DNA of 64,000 nucleotides. Source: Dipteris shenzhenensis. Lineage: Eukaryota. The translations under genes and the position numbers were made by a program. Each line of letters starts with the position of its first letter. Position 1 is the stretch's first letter. The notes under the pieces were generated by a model. The model was not told where the DNA came from. It was given only the letters and a program-made list of their open reading frames with translations, and did no database searches. The DNA lies in assembly GCA_047967505.1 (NCBI GenBank), contig CM106538.1; one strand, given 5' to 3'. Of the stretch, positions 25,798 to 40,142 are shown piece by piece.

Positions 25798-28700
25798 CAA
25801 AGCTGATCTAGATCATCTTGTTTTTGTAGTAGTGCTATTCTATGTCTACTCTTGTTTTTGTAGCGCTATTGAATGTCTACTCTTTTAGATTAAGAACATG
25901 GATACTCGTTTGATATTCGAATGCATGTCTATTAGATAGGTCTCAATTCCTAATTGTAATTATGCATATTATAATAGCTATATTATGCTCTTTTTGTGTG
26001 TACGATGCTTTATTATTGGCTATTGGTATCTAATATGTATAATTCACATAATTGTTTGTATTTTAACTATTTAATATTATTTAATAGTTAAGTATTTCAT
26101 TGTTTATACAATTTTGACGATTGTCACATGCTTTATGATCATTATTGACCTAATTATCATGGCATCCAAGCAACAATTTGGATGGCACCCAAGCAAGCAC
26201 ATTCAATGCTCGTTCATCAGCTTGTGTTGCTTCATACAATAGGATTCAGGGATGAGTAAATTTGAAATGTTATATCTATTCCTGCACACCTAGAGGAAAT
26301 GCAAACTCACATTTTTTATTGTGTTTATATATCTTAGACTTTCAAAGGTATAGTGCAACATCAAATCTTAAAGTGTAGGAGTTAGTGTGTGCATTTTATC
26401 CTCAATTATATAGGGATGTGATAGCTCAATGGGAGGTGTTAGTTTCCAAAGAATTCATATCTTTGCTTATCGATGAAGGGGCAAAACTTCACTTGTGGAT
26501 GTTTGAGTATAAAGCGATGTAATTTACGATTCGTAGGAAAAATATGAGAGACAAAGGGCCTATAGGTAGAGTGACATCTGTTGCCTTGAAACATTTTGTA
26601 GCCATGACTAGTAACAAGTAGGGTGATATTGATGTCCCCTTTGAAGAGGGGAGGATAGAGATACAAATATGTACCCAATATTAGATGTATTCCTTTTACA
26701 TTAAAATAGTGATGATTCGCGAACAGGTAGAAATAAATTAGACATGAAGATGCACGCGAATGATTCTTCGTTAAAGATGGAGTTTTTTTTTAATAAAATA
26801 AAATAAATAAAAGAGGGTGGTCAGCAGTCCGTGCAAAAAAAGACCATTATATAAAATTGGGCCCTAAAGGGCCTTCAAAGGAAAAATTGGTCCCTATTGG
26901 GTCTCGCCCTAGACCTACGCTACATGCAGCCTTCGCCCCATTACCCTCTAGTGAAGGCACCTTTCACCTTTGCTAGCGCGTTGCTAACCACCGAATCGAA
27001 TTCTCTCAAGATCCTGAAAAAGTCCCACATTAACGCCCTCACGACCCTCAAAATCACGGACTCCCTCAATGTCGCTCCCAACTAGGGCGGAATACACTGC
27101 CATTCCTAACCTCCCACACCCCCAATAGCACCACAAAGGGGATATATGGCTAGCTAGTGACTAATGTCGAGGTCAAATTTGCGGCATCGCCCAGGAGGGC
27201 TCTAGGCCAATTATTTTCCAAAAAGAACCGTCTCATCAAACCGGAGGCCCTGATGGCAGCTTCGACTCTGTACCACACCTATCTCGTAACAGGGCACCCC
27301 CACATGGTGTGGAGCTCCAGCTCCTTTGCTCTTCCACAGAGAGGGCAAAGGGGTTCATTGTGAGTCTCTTCACTAGCCGGCCTCTAAGAGGAGGGCATAA
27401 TTGAGTGATTTTCCAAAGTAGAAATTGGGCCTTGCTCACTCTACAATTCTTCCATATGTCATAGAACCTTGATTTTCATCATTTAAATCCTCTCCTCAGC
27501 CCCCACTTCTGGTTCATGTCAGGAGCTGTAGAGTGGGTCTGTGCCTAAGACTTGAAGGCCACCTTGGTCGACAGCCTTTTCAATTGGGTTTTGCTAACAA
27601 TCTGCCAGTGGAGCACCCTCCCATCCATCGAGGTTACGACATTTGAGGGCCGTTCCTCTGGAATGCGGTCCATTACCACCGCCATTAGATCAGACTCCCC
27701 TGCAGTCATGCGAAACTTGGCCTGCAGCACGTCCAGGGGGAGCCAATCAGTCTACTTAGGATCCCAAAGATCCAGCCACACCCTAGCTCCCTTCTTGGAT
27801 AAGTTCCTAGCCTTGACTCGATCATGCCACTTGAACTCCTCGCCCTCCTTCTTGAAGGGCTTGCTCCACCAAATCGATTACAACAAGTTGGCATCACTGC
27901 GCAGCCCATGCCTAGGGACCCAGCTAAGGTCTTTACAACATTCCTTCCACGCTACGACAAACCAGGCCGCCAAGTCGAATCCCCTTACCAGAAACGAAAA
28001 ATCCAAGATCAGGTGATCATACCAGGGGAGGTCTGGCGACCTACTGATTCCTTTTCCTCTGCGCTGGTCGATGAAATACCACATCAGCTCGACCCATGGC
28101 ACCCCCTCCGTGAACATTTTTGACAACCACTTGCAATGTCCAGAAGCCCCAACCCACCCAAATGCTTGGGTAGCTTCATCAGCTCCTAGGAGATGTAGTG
28201 CATCCTCCTCTTATTGTCTTCTTTGGCCCAAAGGAACACGTAGAGCAGCTTCTCAAGGTCTAGCCAATGAGATCATTTGAAGTTTCAGATGGAGGAGATA
28301 TAATGGTGGCCATAGAGAGGACATGTTGAACTATCATGAACCGGGGGCATTCCATCCCTCAGCCCATGCCATAACCTGAGTTTGGCCTTGACCTAGCTCT
28401 TTGAACTAGCAAAACCTCTGCTTTAGGGAGATGCCCATGCCTAAGGGGGTGCCCAAGTACCACATCACCTCCCCCTTATTAGTCACCTGCACTTGGATGT
28501 TCACAAGCCACGCCAACTGTGCGCATCACGAAGGTCTTTTGCTAGCTGCATCTGGAGTCCAAAGCACAACAGAAGCATTCAATGGTCTCGAGCAGCTAGT
28601 TCACGCTACTCTAGTCTTCGAGGGAAATAGACATTGTGTCATCATCGAAGAGCTACGCCGCCATTTGCTTACCTGAGGAGAGCTTATGGCCCTGTACAAG

Positions 28701-29444
28701 CCCTGCATTAGCTTTTGACTTGAGTATATTGATGAGAGGCCCGTACTGACCACAAAGAGGAGGGGGCGAGGGGGCACCCTTGCCTCACTGACCTTGGCTA
28801 GAGCCACCCTTTGAGTATCAAAGATCCTAAAGTTGATACCTCGAAGCATGTCCTACACGTTGGTCTGCCACTCAGCCGTCTACACCATGTCTTCCCCTAC
28901 CACCGTGCTTAACTGTTGGCGGAAGACCTCTACCATGTGCCAGGACTCTGTGACTATTTTACCTGGCACATCCTCCACTCTGTCCACCATTTCCCGTGCT
29001 TGCTTGTGCTTACACGTCTGGAAGAAAAGTTTGGAAGGACAGTCTCCAACCTTGATCCAGAGTTGATGGCTCTTGATCCTGGTTGCCCGTGCGTCTTCAA
29101 TTTCCTGCGTGCAAATTGCAGACTCCACCTCCGTCATAAGAGTTCCCATTATAGCATCTGTTGGTACTTCTTTCATGGCCGCCTTGAGAGGCACGTATGC
29201 CATCGCCAAGCTGCCGCCCAGGGTCCTTTTGTCCCTATTGCACGAATTGTGTAGTTCCTTGTCTTTACAGAAGGTCCCCATGCACATGCGAGATTAGCTC
29301 GTTCTGCCAGTTCCACCGAAAAGGACAGTCCCCATGCAACCTAGGAAGAACCGGATGAAACACCTGCATGGAGCATTTCTGGGGGGTGGCCTGGGGCACC
29401 CTCTAGAGGCCTGATATCTCCACCAACAGCTGGACTCACCATTT

Positions 29445-30689
29445 TTGGTGACTCCCTTCAATTCTCTCCCGGTCACCTCTACTGGTGCATCTCCATGTGC
29501 TCGCCGTCGCCCATCGCATGCAGCCATGGCCAGACACACCTTCTTCCATCCTCTTGACCTGAACGCAATCCCCTCCATGTCGCCATCCCCTCAAGCTCAG
29601 CAGCGCATATCTCCCCTGCAAGCCATGGCAATGCAGTCCCCACAGTCTCAGCTGGTGGAGTTCACGCAGATGCCACCCCAAGAAATAGTTCTTCCAGCCC
29701 CAACACTAGTGCCAGCGCCAACGAAGGCCAATGGGAGGAAGAAGACACAGGCTGGGAGCCCTGCAAAGAAGAAGAAGAAGACCACGAAAAACAGTAGCCA
29801 CGACAAAACAAAGTGGAAAGAATGGGAAGTACTCGTCCTGGTGGAGAGCAAAAAGAAATTCGATATGCTCTTGCAGGGGAAAAGAATTCACCATTAAAGA
29901 GTGTAGGACCGGTGGACAAAAACTTCAGAGTTTTGCAAGGCAAGGAATGTACTGCGCACTAAAAAACAATGCAAGGACAAATGGGAGAAGTTGTCCAGCG
30001 TTTGGAACAAGATCTACGACTTTGAGCAAAAGAACAAATCTGGAATGTCCTCATACTTCAACATGGACGAGGAGGAGAAAACTCAGCACCGATTGCCAAT
30101 CGAGAATTTCTCGTATGAAATCTAAAAGAAAATGTTGGATCTTTTCGGCATGGATCGTTAGATAAATCCAGGGAACATTGTCGTGGACTCTTTGAATGGT
30201 TTTCTCAAACACTTCACCTTTGTTTTCGTTACCTTCCCATTTGCATTCCATGTGGACCCTGAATCTGTGGCTGTTTTTGGAGTTGCAGATGACGTTGTTC
30301 CTGAAGGTGAGAGTTCTCCAAAGTCTGCGACCAAACCCATCGATGCTGAAGAGTCCAGTGTTGCGGATGGTTTCGGAACTATAGTGCCACGACGGAAGGC
30401 TAGGCGATTGTCCGGAGGGAGACGAGAGGTACAGGATGCATTGAGAAATCTGGCAGCTGTTTTTGAGAAGGAAGCAAGTGAGAGAAGTGTCAGGTTTGCA
30501 GCAGCTGAGGTTGCAAAGGAAAAGCGTGACATCCAAAGGATAGAGAGAGAGGCAGCATATCGTGTACATGTGGAGCAACTTGAAACGAATAGGCTGGCGT
30601 CCATGGAACATATTGCAAGAGAGAACACATCGGCCCTTTGCAGCTCACTGAACAACATAGTGCAGTCACTGGCAGGACTTAGAAAGTAG
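29445..30689 (+). pseudogene. Harbinger Myb/SANT (trihelix-like) DNA-binding protein
   Basis: KWKEWEVLVLVESKK...RTKKQCKDKWEKL..., coiled-coil C-terminus; frameshift and stops. Confidence 0.8.
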
Positions 30690-30968
30690 TGTGTAGGATT
30701 GTGTAACAATTTCAGCAACTTTTATGTAGTGGAAGTTTAGAACTAGAGAAGACTTCGTTTATGTATGGTGCTGTTTTTTTAAGTACGAGCTTTGCCTTTA
30801 AAAATTCAGATTTCTTTTGGTGAATACATGGTGATCATTGCACAGTACATTGTCCTTTTCTTTTTCTTTTACAAAAAAAGCAATGCTTTCCTGCACAAAC
30901 GAAAGCAATGTAGAGTGAAATGGTATGCTCAAAAGATGAGCAACATTACAATATCCCTCCAATGGGAT

Positions 30969-32231
30969 TCACTAAAGAAGATAATCCAACAAGGAGTCTC
31001 TGACAAACTCCCCTGGTGCGTAGTCTCCCGCTTCATTGTTCAATTGCACCTTCATGTCAGGAACAAAGTTTTCCTCCGGTATTTGCACTCCAAAGTCCAA
31101 GCATATGTTGTGTAGAATGCAGCATGCTGTAATCAACTTGGTGAGGAATTTTATATCTGGTTGTCGAATAGGGTTGTGCAGGAATGGCCATGTGGTCTTC
31201 AACCTACCAAACGCCCTTTCCACTACAATCCTAGTGGAGGAGTGGATGAAATTAAAGTCCTTGAATCTTTAGGTCTCTCTAGCAGGGAAGGGAGTGACTA
31301 ACCAAGGAAGGGGAATATAGCCCCCATCCCCTAAGATGTACTCTCGAATCTCTATGTCTCCATCAACAAATGTCGGCCCATTTAGAATCTCTCCTCTTTC
31401 TGCTTTTCGATATAGGGTAGAGTTTCTCAAGAGTCGTAGGTCATTCACTGAACCAGGCCATCCGGTGACTATGTCCGGGAAACGCATGTTGGAGTCCACC
31501 ACTCCCTCAATGTGGGTATTGTCAATAGCCCCCATGCAATTTGGGAACCCTCTGAGTGTCTCGAAGCCTCGCTTGACCTGCTCGGATGCATCTTCATTTG
31601 CAGGCCAGCATATGAATCGGTTCATGTGCCTCAGCAACACTTTAACAAATTGCCTCACCACTCAACCAACAGTAGATTTTCCCACTCCATACATCTCTGA
31701 AATGTCGCTGAGCTTCATGCTAGAGCCTAGCCTGTGCAATGCAATTGCAACCTTCTTGTCAATAGGGAATACTCTGGTAGGAATACCTTGCAGGGACAGT
31801 GGGATATCTTTTTGGGAGAGGTCTTCTTGAAGCAAATCGCATACGAAGTTGTACAACTCCCTCGGTAGTCTAATTGTGGACTCGAATCTAACATCGTCCC
31901 CAACAACGTATTCGAAATAATTTCTCCAACAGTGGAGAGACCTTGGCTTGACATACCATAGGCCAAACGCTGAAGCCTTCCTCAGGCTCTCTTGACATAG
32001 CTACTCGTCAACCAGGTGACCAGCAGTATGGACGAGCGTCGCTTGAAGCATTCTGTCTGCAAAGTCATCTTGTTTGTTGTTAGTGGTGCTATCAGAGCTT
32101 TCTGCATCATCATTGGGCTGCACCGTAGGCCTGTGCTGGAACAAGGCATTCATCATCGATTGCCATTGCTGGATGCACATTCCGATGGCTATGCATGCAG
32201 CTGTGAGGATAGCAACCTCTTCTGTGTCCAT
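30969..32231 (-). pseudogene. Harbinger DDE transposase (HARBI1-like)
   Basis: KVAIALHRLG...YGVGKSTV, GFPNCMGAIDNTHI, GWPGSVND, ILGDGGY, VERAFGRLK...CCILHNIC; in-frame stops and an apparent deletion after IDNTHI. Confidence 0.9.
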
Positions 32232-34334
32232 GGAGCTCAGAACACAAAAAGAGGAGGAATATGTTCATAGGAGAGGGGAGGAAGGCGGTACTGGCAATAG
32301 CCAACCTGTAGCAGGTTGGAGGCAGTTGCCAGCTGCACACCTCTTGATCAGTGCCGGTCTTCATGGGGATGCCATAGATGTTTGGTGAGCCGGAATGCCC
32401 TTGAAGCTCAGCCGGAGATTCTCCAAGCTGCCAGTCGAACCATCGGTGGCATGGGGCCAGCCTCTTAACATGCACCCTCCTACTCGCCAGGTTCCATAAC
32501 TCACCTGCGTCGTCAACTTCACTTCGCGCCAAAATCCATGCCTCCTGCACTTGCTGGCATGCCTTGCTTGACTGTAGCATCGAGTAATTGAACTTGAATG
32601 GGATGTTAAAGGATCGACCAGAGCTAGTGGGGAGGCAGATACTCCACTTTCACTAGAAGATGGTCCGAAACGCAGATCCCCATGCATATCTCCTCCTTGA
32701 AGGGCTTCTCAGCAACCAGTCTTCATGCGAAGTGTAGAGCCTGTCCAACAGTCACCCCGAATTCCTCCCCCTTTCGTCTGTTGGACCAAGTAAAGCCTTC
32801 TAATTCCCCTGGTTGCAGTCAACCAATCCTCGAGCCCGAGAGAGCTCCTCCCATATAGACACCTCCTCCCCCAATCTCGGCGAGCACTAGTGGGACCTTT
32901 CTTGATAATGATGCATGAGGTTTGTCTTGAGAAATAAGGTCTACACAAGATGAGTGATCATGTGTCTCCCTCCCTCCTTTGATACCCACTTCAACTCGAC
33001 AAAAGGTATCTCACCACGAGAAGAGCCTCACATGGATTAGAGATTTCTCATCATGGAGTTGTGGGCAAGAATACTTGTCAATGGTTTTTGCCTATCACTA
33101 CATAGCGATCCTAAGTGCATTAAGAGAGGTGCATTCATGACATTTTTATACACTCATATTTGAATGCTCATAAGTACATGATGCTTTATACACATAGATT
33201 TGAATTCTTGTAGCTACATGCTTCATTTCATGGGTGATAAATACATCTGTGTGGGTAGGAATCATTGGTTGGAAAACATCTTTATATTGGATGAAGATTC
33301 ATCTTGAGTAAGATTTGACTCATGCTCCCCTTATAAGCTTTTCTTGGTTTGTGAAACAGCTTTATGTGACTCAAGGTGCACATCTAAAACCAAAGGACTT
33401 ATGGTCAGCATAATCAGAGTGCTATGCAACGGATTGGTTGTTTAGAAAAAAGGCCATCTTTCTCATTGATTGTATACAAGCTTGTCAAGAAAACTGTATG
33501 AAGAATGCGAAGATGATTAAAGTCTCCGATGAATGTCTTTATCTCACAAACGGAAATTGTATTTGGTATTTCAACATGGAAAAAATCTTGACTAGATTAC
33601 ATGACCATAAGGTTAATGAGGATGAATCAATGCGACCCTTAGAAGAGATGAAGACATGCTTTTGACAAAGAATTAGCTCTTTCTTTGGAGTTTTCAAGTT
33701 GTACATTTTACTGTTAAGGACTACTGTATTATGACAATGTTTGTCTACAGTTTTGAAGAATTTTGATTGCTTTGCATTTTTTTAATTATTTACCTAACAT
33801 CACATTGATTGCTCCAACTTGTATTCATGCAAACGTTTTGTATTTTGTCAATTTAATACACAATGTTTGTGTGTCTCATATTTATTTTTACGTTTTTTTT
33901 TAGATTTATTTTAATTTGTAGGCTTTTAGGTTTCTTTCAATATGTAGAAAATTTGCAAATGTTATCATCTTTGCAACCATTTGTGGGTGTAAGCAAGAAG
34001 TGGTTACACTTTTGTGCACTTTAAGACGTTAAGTTTCTAGTGCTGAAAAAGCATGCAAGTGGAAGCTTTTTTGGAGATTCAAACTTGGATGCTTGGGTCT
34101 CATGCAATAGGAGATTGCAATACCATATTTCCATAGGACTTCCTTCAAGCCCACTCCTCATTCAAAGGTGTATTTCAAACGCAATTTCCCCCTCCTCCCT
34201 CGGTATTTTAAATGCACATAGTCCCCCTTGAATTTTAAATGCACTTCATCCCCCCTATCATAATCTCTATAGCGCTTGATGTTGACCTACCTCATTGCTA
34301 CTATGTTGAAGTAGAGCTCAAAAGAGAGCATTTG

Positions 34335-34387
<53 letters not shown>

Positions 34388-34429
34388 ATTATTGCTCTAA
34401 AGTACAAAACTTCTCATGCATGTTCAATT

Positions 34430-35377
34430 CATCATATTTTATTTTATTTTGGGTAGGAAAAAAAGTTGATTATATTATTATGATCATAAGCTTTGTACAC
34501 ATAAGTTTCATAAGTACAAGAGACCCATCTCTACAAAGGAATAACCAGCATGTAAACAAAATAGCTCTTGCTCAGAGGAAAAAAACCAAAATCCTCTTCT
34601 CCTAGTGGCTTGACAGCATCCAGATACCTCCAAGGCAGAAGAGAAGAGTGTACAATCAGCTTGTAGGTTCATCTTTGATAGGGAATAAGGAAGGTAGGAG
34701 TTGTGCTTGAAGGTCCATGCTAGAGTTTGTGTAGCTCATAACATCTCTGATGTGGTCATCCAGTTTAGCTTGCTGTTGTGAGATATGTTCATTAAAGTTA
34801 TGGAATTCCTGGGCTAGCAAAAATTTGGCCTGGACCACAGAAGGTAGTATCATCACTTAGTAAGAAAATTTCTTCCATACCAATTCAAAAATAACTGATC
34901 AGCATGCATGACCTCATCATTAAATTGATATCTATTCCTGGCAATCCATATAAACTTTAGTGCATGTGCTTTGATGTATACCCAAGTGGCATAAGGCAGG
35001 TTGAGTGCATCTCCCAAGAGAAGTGATTTCTAGTTGATTGGTTCCCCTAGCATTAATTAAATCACCTTCCATACTTTTCTTGCCCTGGGGCAAGAAATAA
35101 ATAAATGGAATATATCTTCTTTGATTCCAAAATAGGATTTACAAGTGCCATCTGCATTGCAAATCCTCAAGCTTCTGCAATTAGGCTAAACAACTTTATG
35201 TAGAATTAGCCACAAAAGAGTAGACATTTTCTCAGGCATCCTTTTGTCCCAGATCAGTGAAAATATGATATACCATTTCCTTTTAGCATCAGCAAATTTC
35301 CATCTAGCATTGAGAGTGGAAATACCCTTTGCAATGCCCTCAAAAGGGGTAAGTATGGGCAGAAAAGATGAGTTGCC
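34430..35377 (-). mobile_element. L1-type LINE, 3' part (zf-RVT), left of the Copia insertion
   Basis: WYIIFSLIWDKRMPEKMSTLLWLILHK and EDIFHLFISCPRARKVW; joins the part starting at 40876. 3' end approximate. Confidence 0.8.
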
Positions 35378-36094
35378 TGTAAGAAAACAATATAACGTCT
35401 GTTTCAATAGATAACAGGATCTTGTATGCAAGAGAGAAAAGCAGATAGTATGGAGAATAAAAAATTTGATTACTGTAAAACTGATACAATAGATGGTGCT
35501 ACCTCCCAGCCATGCGCTCCTGTGGGAGAAGCTTCGATGGCATGTTGGAAACAGAGAGGTCGGAGGCTGGATGCTAAGGAATTAGGGTTGTTGTAGCCAT
35601 GTGATGAATATGGGCTTCACGGGCTTGCTCTTATATAGTCACAGTCGTAGTCGGTTAGACCCAATTGGGAGACTGACCTAGTCGGCCCAAAATGGCCAAC
35701 TGGAGGTTAGTCTCGAAATAGGCCACCGACCACACGTTAGAACCGTGGCATAGAATAGAGCAATTGACCTACGATTTTTGTTCTGGGATCATTTGGGGCT
35801 CCAAACGGGCCCCGCAACCTGAGAGTGGGCTACCCCGGAAAATGCTCTGTCTACCCTCAATGCAGTCAGTCATGGGATGCCTTCCTGCACTTGCATGTAG
35901 CCTAGTTGGCAGTGTGCCAACTCTATCTGAAGCCGTCCAGCCATCACGCCACACATGGCCCCCATCTGGTATCCAAACCAGGACCTACTAGATAACCGAG
36001 CTACTCAAATGCCTTCTCCTCATATGGGGGGCTTACAAGTAGAGTTAGCTGGTTCCCGCATAGTTACACGAGAGTGGAGCATTGATATCCAACA
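35378..36094 (-). repeat. Copia 3' LTR (717 bp); PPT at 36095-36104
   Basis: TGTAAGAAAACAATA...GATATCCAACA followed by CCCCCCCTCA. Confidence 0.95.
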
Positions 36095-39000
36095 CCCCCC
36101 CTCAATGTCCACCCGCAAGTGAAGTTACTTTTTTGGCCCAATGCCAAGTCGATGAAGATGCCTCTCTAGCAAGTCTCTTCCAAGAGCCTTCGTGAAGATG
36201 TCCGCAGCATTCTCTGTAGTCAGACAGTACACCAAGTCGACCTCTCCATCCATGATGAGCTCGCGTACAAAGTGATATTGAATCTCAATGTGTTTTGTGC
36301 GAGCATGGAACATAGGGTTCTTTGCGATTGCCATGCAACTTTGATTGTCACATGATAACTACGTAGGCTTGTTCTGCACTGCACCCATGTCCCCTAAAAT
36401 CCTCCTCAACCACATTGCCTCACAAGAAGCAAAACAAGATGATTTGTACTTAGCCTCAGTAGAAGAAAGAGCAACTGTAGGTTGCTTCTTGCTAACCCAT
36501 GACATAGCTCCATATCCAAGTGAGAAATAGTAACCTATCACTGATCTCCTACTGTCCACGTCTCCTGCCCAATCTGAGTCACGAAATCCAGTCAAGGTGT
36601 TGCCCTATGTATAGGTGATGCCATAATCAAGTGGGCCTTTGATGTATTTCAGCACCCGCATCCCTGCACTCCAATGGTTCTCCTGGGGCGTATTGGAAAA
36701 CCTACTTAATACACCAGTCGCAAAACTGATGTCCGGCCACGTGTTGCACAAGTAAATCATACTGCCCACAAGCCTTTTGTACTTCGCTTCGTCCACCAGT
36801 GGTGATGAATCCTCATTTGAGAGCTTCATGTCAACCTCCATAGGGGTGCCAACTGTCTTGCACTTAGCCATGCCAAATGCCTTTAGTATCTCTCCAGCAT
36901 ACTTCAGTTGTGAGATGAAGATCTATTTTGGCTCTTGCCAAACTTCAATCCCCAAATAGAAATGCATCATTCTGAGGTCTGTCATTTCAAACTCTCTTCC
37001 TAGCAACTACTTTATCTGCGAGATCTTTTCTTCATGGTTCTCTATTATGACAAGGTTGTTCACATAAAGGATCATGATCATACACCTGCCCCCTTCTCTG
37101 TAGATATACAAATTTGCATCAGATGGGCTCCTCCTGAACCGGTTTTGTAGAAAGTAGGCATGGGGCCTGTTTCAGCCCGTAAAGTACCTTCTTTAGTTTA
37201 TAGACTTTACCTTCTGAATCGAGGATCACAAAACCTGGTGGTTGTTCCACATATACTTCCTCCTTGAGATCTCCATTCAGAAAGGCAGATTTTACATCCA
37301 TCTGAAACACATGCCAACTTTCTGCTGCTGCTAAAGCCAAAACACTGTGAATTGTGGTTAGTCGAGCTATGGGAGCAAAAGTATCCTGATAATCAAAACC
37401 ATGTACCTGTGCAAATCCTTTTGACACGAGCTGAGCCTTGTACTTATCCAACATGCTGTTGGACTTGTACTTGGTCTTGTACACCCACTTGGTACCGATT
37501 ACCTTGTGTTTTGGTGGTCGATCCACAAGGTCCCAAGTGTTGTTCTTCATTATGGAGCCATACTCCAACTGCATAGCCTCCATCCACCTATCATCACCGT
37601 GTGCCTCTTTAAGACACTTAGGTTCTTCAACACAGATCACCTTTGTCATCAAAGTGTAGTTGACCAAGTGTTCCTGTGCCCTTCTTTGCTCCTCTAATCT
37701 CTTGGGCCGGTGGTGTTCGGATGGTTCCTCCTCAATGGCTAGAGGTTCTCTACCATCCAAAAGTTGCTTTACCCACTTCGGGAATGGCCCTTGCTGTTGT
37801 GGTTTTGCAGGCTCTTCTTCCTCTTCTTTATCTTGAATCCTCTCAAGCACCATTGGGGGAGTTCGGTCTGCTATTGGTGGTTGTACTGGATGGATATCCT
37901 GGTCCTGGTTGTCTAGGAAGGAAGCATCCTCCTCCAATTGATGCGGCTGTTATGAGAAGACCACATCGCAACTTACTATTACCTTCTTGGTAACAGGATT
38001 ATAGAGACGGTAACACTTTGCCTCTTCACTATAGCCCAAGAAATACATTTCCAGCTCTTCGGTTCCCATTTGGTCCTGTTAGCATTAGGGACATGCACAA
38101 AACAGTTACATCCAAAAACTTTGAAATGTGCAGGTGAAGGTTTCTTACCAGAAAAGTCCTATAGTGGAGTCATCCCCCATTCATAGCCTTCATGTAGCTA
38201 CGATTCAGAATGTGAACTGCCGTGTTACATGCTTCAGCCGAGAGAGTCTTTGGCAAATCTTTCCCTTTCATCATACTCCTGTCCATTTCGCAGATCATGC
38301 GCATCTTGCGCTCTGCTACTCCATTTTGCTGTGGTGTATATGGCGGGAGTTTTTGCCTCTTGATACTGTGACTTTTGCGGTAACTTTCGAATTCACTTGA
38401 TGTGAACTCACCACCTTTGTTTGATCTTAACTTTTTCACCTTCCTCCCCATTTCTTTCTCGACCATTACATGCCATTCTTTGAACTTACTAAAAGCCTCA
38501 TCTTTAGTCTTCAGGAAGTATATCCATATCCTTCTACTATAGTCATCGATTAGCATCATGAAGTAGTAGGAACCACCCAAAGCTTCTGTCTCCATCTTTC
38601 CATAGAGGTTCGTGTGAACGAGCTCTAGAGGAGACTTTGCCCTGCTGGCCTCTTTAGGAAAGGGCTGCCGATGCTGCTTGCCCATCATGCAAGCTTCACA
38701 TACATTGGGCAAATCTATAATTTCTGATAGGTCTGCAATCATTCCACTTTTATGCATCTCCTTTAAAGAACTAAGGTTTAGATTACCAAACCTCTCATGC
38801 CACAGCTTAGTGTTGCTCACATCGGCTCGAGCATTGAAAGCTGAGAGTTCATAGATGTTGTTGCGCCGTGTACCTTTACCAATGACCTTCCCTTGAAGAT
38901 CCAAAATCTCTGCGTTATTCTTATCGAAGTGAACTTTGAGGTCTCGATCCGTGATCGTAGAAACGGACAAGAAGTTCCTCTTGATATCTGGCACATAAAG

Positions 39001-40142
39001 AACATCGGACAACTGTTTTTTACAACTCCATCTGACTTGAGAGCAATCGTACATTTTCCTTTTGCTGGACATTTTGCATCATTGCTGACTACTACTAGGA
39101 TGTCATTCCCTACCGGATGTAGAGAGGTATACCAATCTTTCCGACTGGTCATGTGGCATGATGCACCACTATCAATAATCCAAGGTTCATCCACAGGTAC
39201 ATGAACTACCTCCATGCAAATCTCCTCAATTGTTATGAACAACTCCACTGGTACTGCCTGCACACTGTTGCTGGACTCTTTCCTTACTCCGTTCTTCTCA
39301 TCTGCAATCTTCTTCTGGCACTCATTTTGCTTGTGCCCTGCCTTGTTGCAATAGAAGCACTTGATCTTCTTCTTTCTCTTTTTATCATCAGAAGAATATG
39401 GGTTACCAGAGTCCTTACCCTTACCTTTCTTTGATCCAACTAAGAAAGCTGAATCTTCTCCAGTTCTCATCTTTTGACGCATCTCCTCCTCCATAAGCAT
39501 TGCACTGAAATCCTCAAAGTTGAGGGACGGAATTCTGTTCTACATATTCAGCGCCGTAACAAGACCGTCGTACTTTGGTGGGAATCCGTATGCACCTTCA
39601 TGCTAGATGGTCATTGGTGATGGTGATGCTAATCGCAGTCATTTGATCGCATAGATTCTTCACCCTAGTGATGAACTTCTTTGTCGTTTCAGACTCAGGC
39701 AGTTTCTCGTTCGCGAGTTGAGTCTCCAGATTCTAAATCCGCCTCTGATTCATGGTCTCGTACTGATTTTTCAAGACCGTCCATGCCTCCTCCACTGTGG
39801 TGACATGTTGAATTAATGCCATGACAGAATCACTTACACTGCAGATAATAGAACACATCGCATCTGCATTTCTTCTTGTCCACGGGAGAATCTGTTGTCC
39901 TGCATTGGCTAGATTTGGTCTCGCAACCAGCCGGCTTCACGTCCACCTCAATAGTAGTATCCCAAAGCTCACATGTGCTTAGGATGTTGAACTTCCAGAG
40001 TGGATAGTCAGTGCTATCCAACTTTTCACTTTTGCCGAATGGTGGGATTGGAAGTCTTGCGGGCTGGGCCATCTCTCACAATCTACTCGCAAATAGAAAC
40101 ACACTACCAAATCTTCTTGCTATAGCCCAAGCTCTGATACCA

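Larger units (their letters stand above)
29297..32464. mobile_element. PIF/Harbinger DNA transposon (decayed)
   Basis: Convergent Myb-like and DDE ORFs; TTA at 29294-29296 and 32465-32467; LINE sequence resumes on both sides; left TIR not clearly preserved. Confidence 0.8.
26783..33052 (-). mobile_element. 5'-truncated L1-type LINE interrupted by a Harbinger element
   Basis: T-tract at 26783-26791 (poly-A tail on minus); zf-RVT remnant ~27250-27450; WIKVGDCPSKLFF linker ~29030-29070; APE motifs FTWSNRR and SDH at ~32660-32800; ATGGAGTT at 26777 and 33053 is a candidate TSD. Confidence 0.75.
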
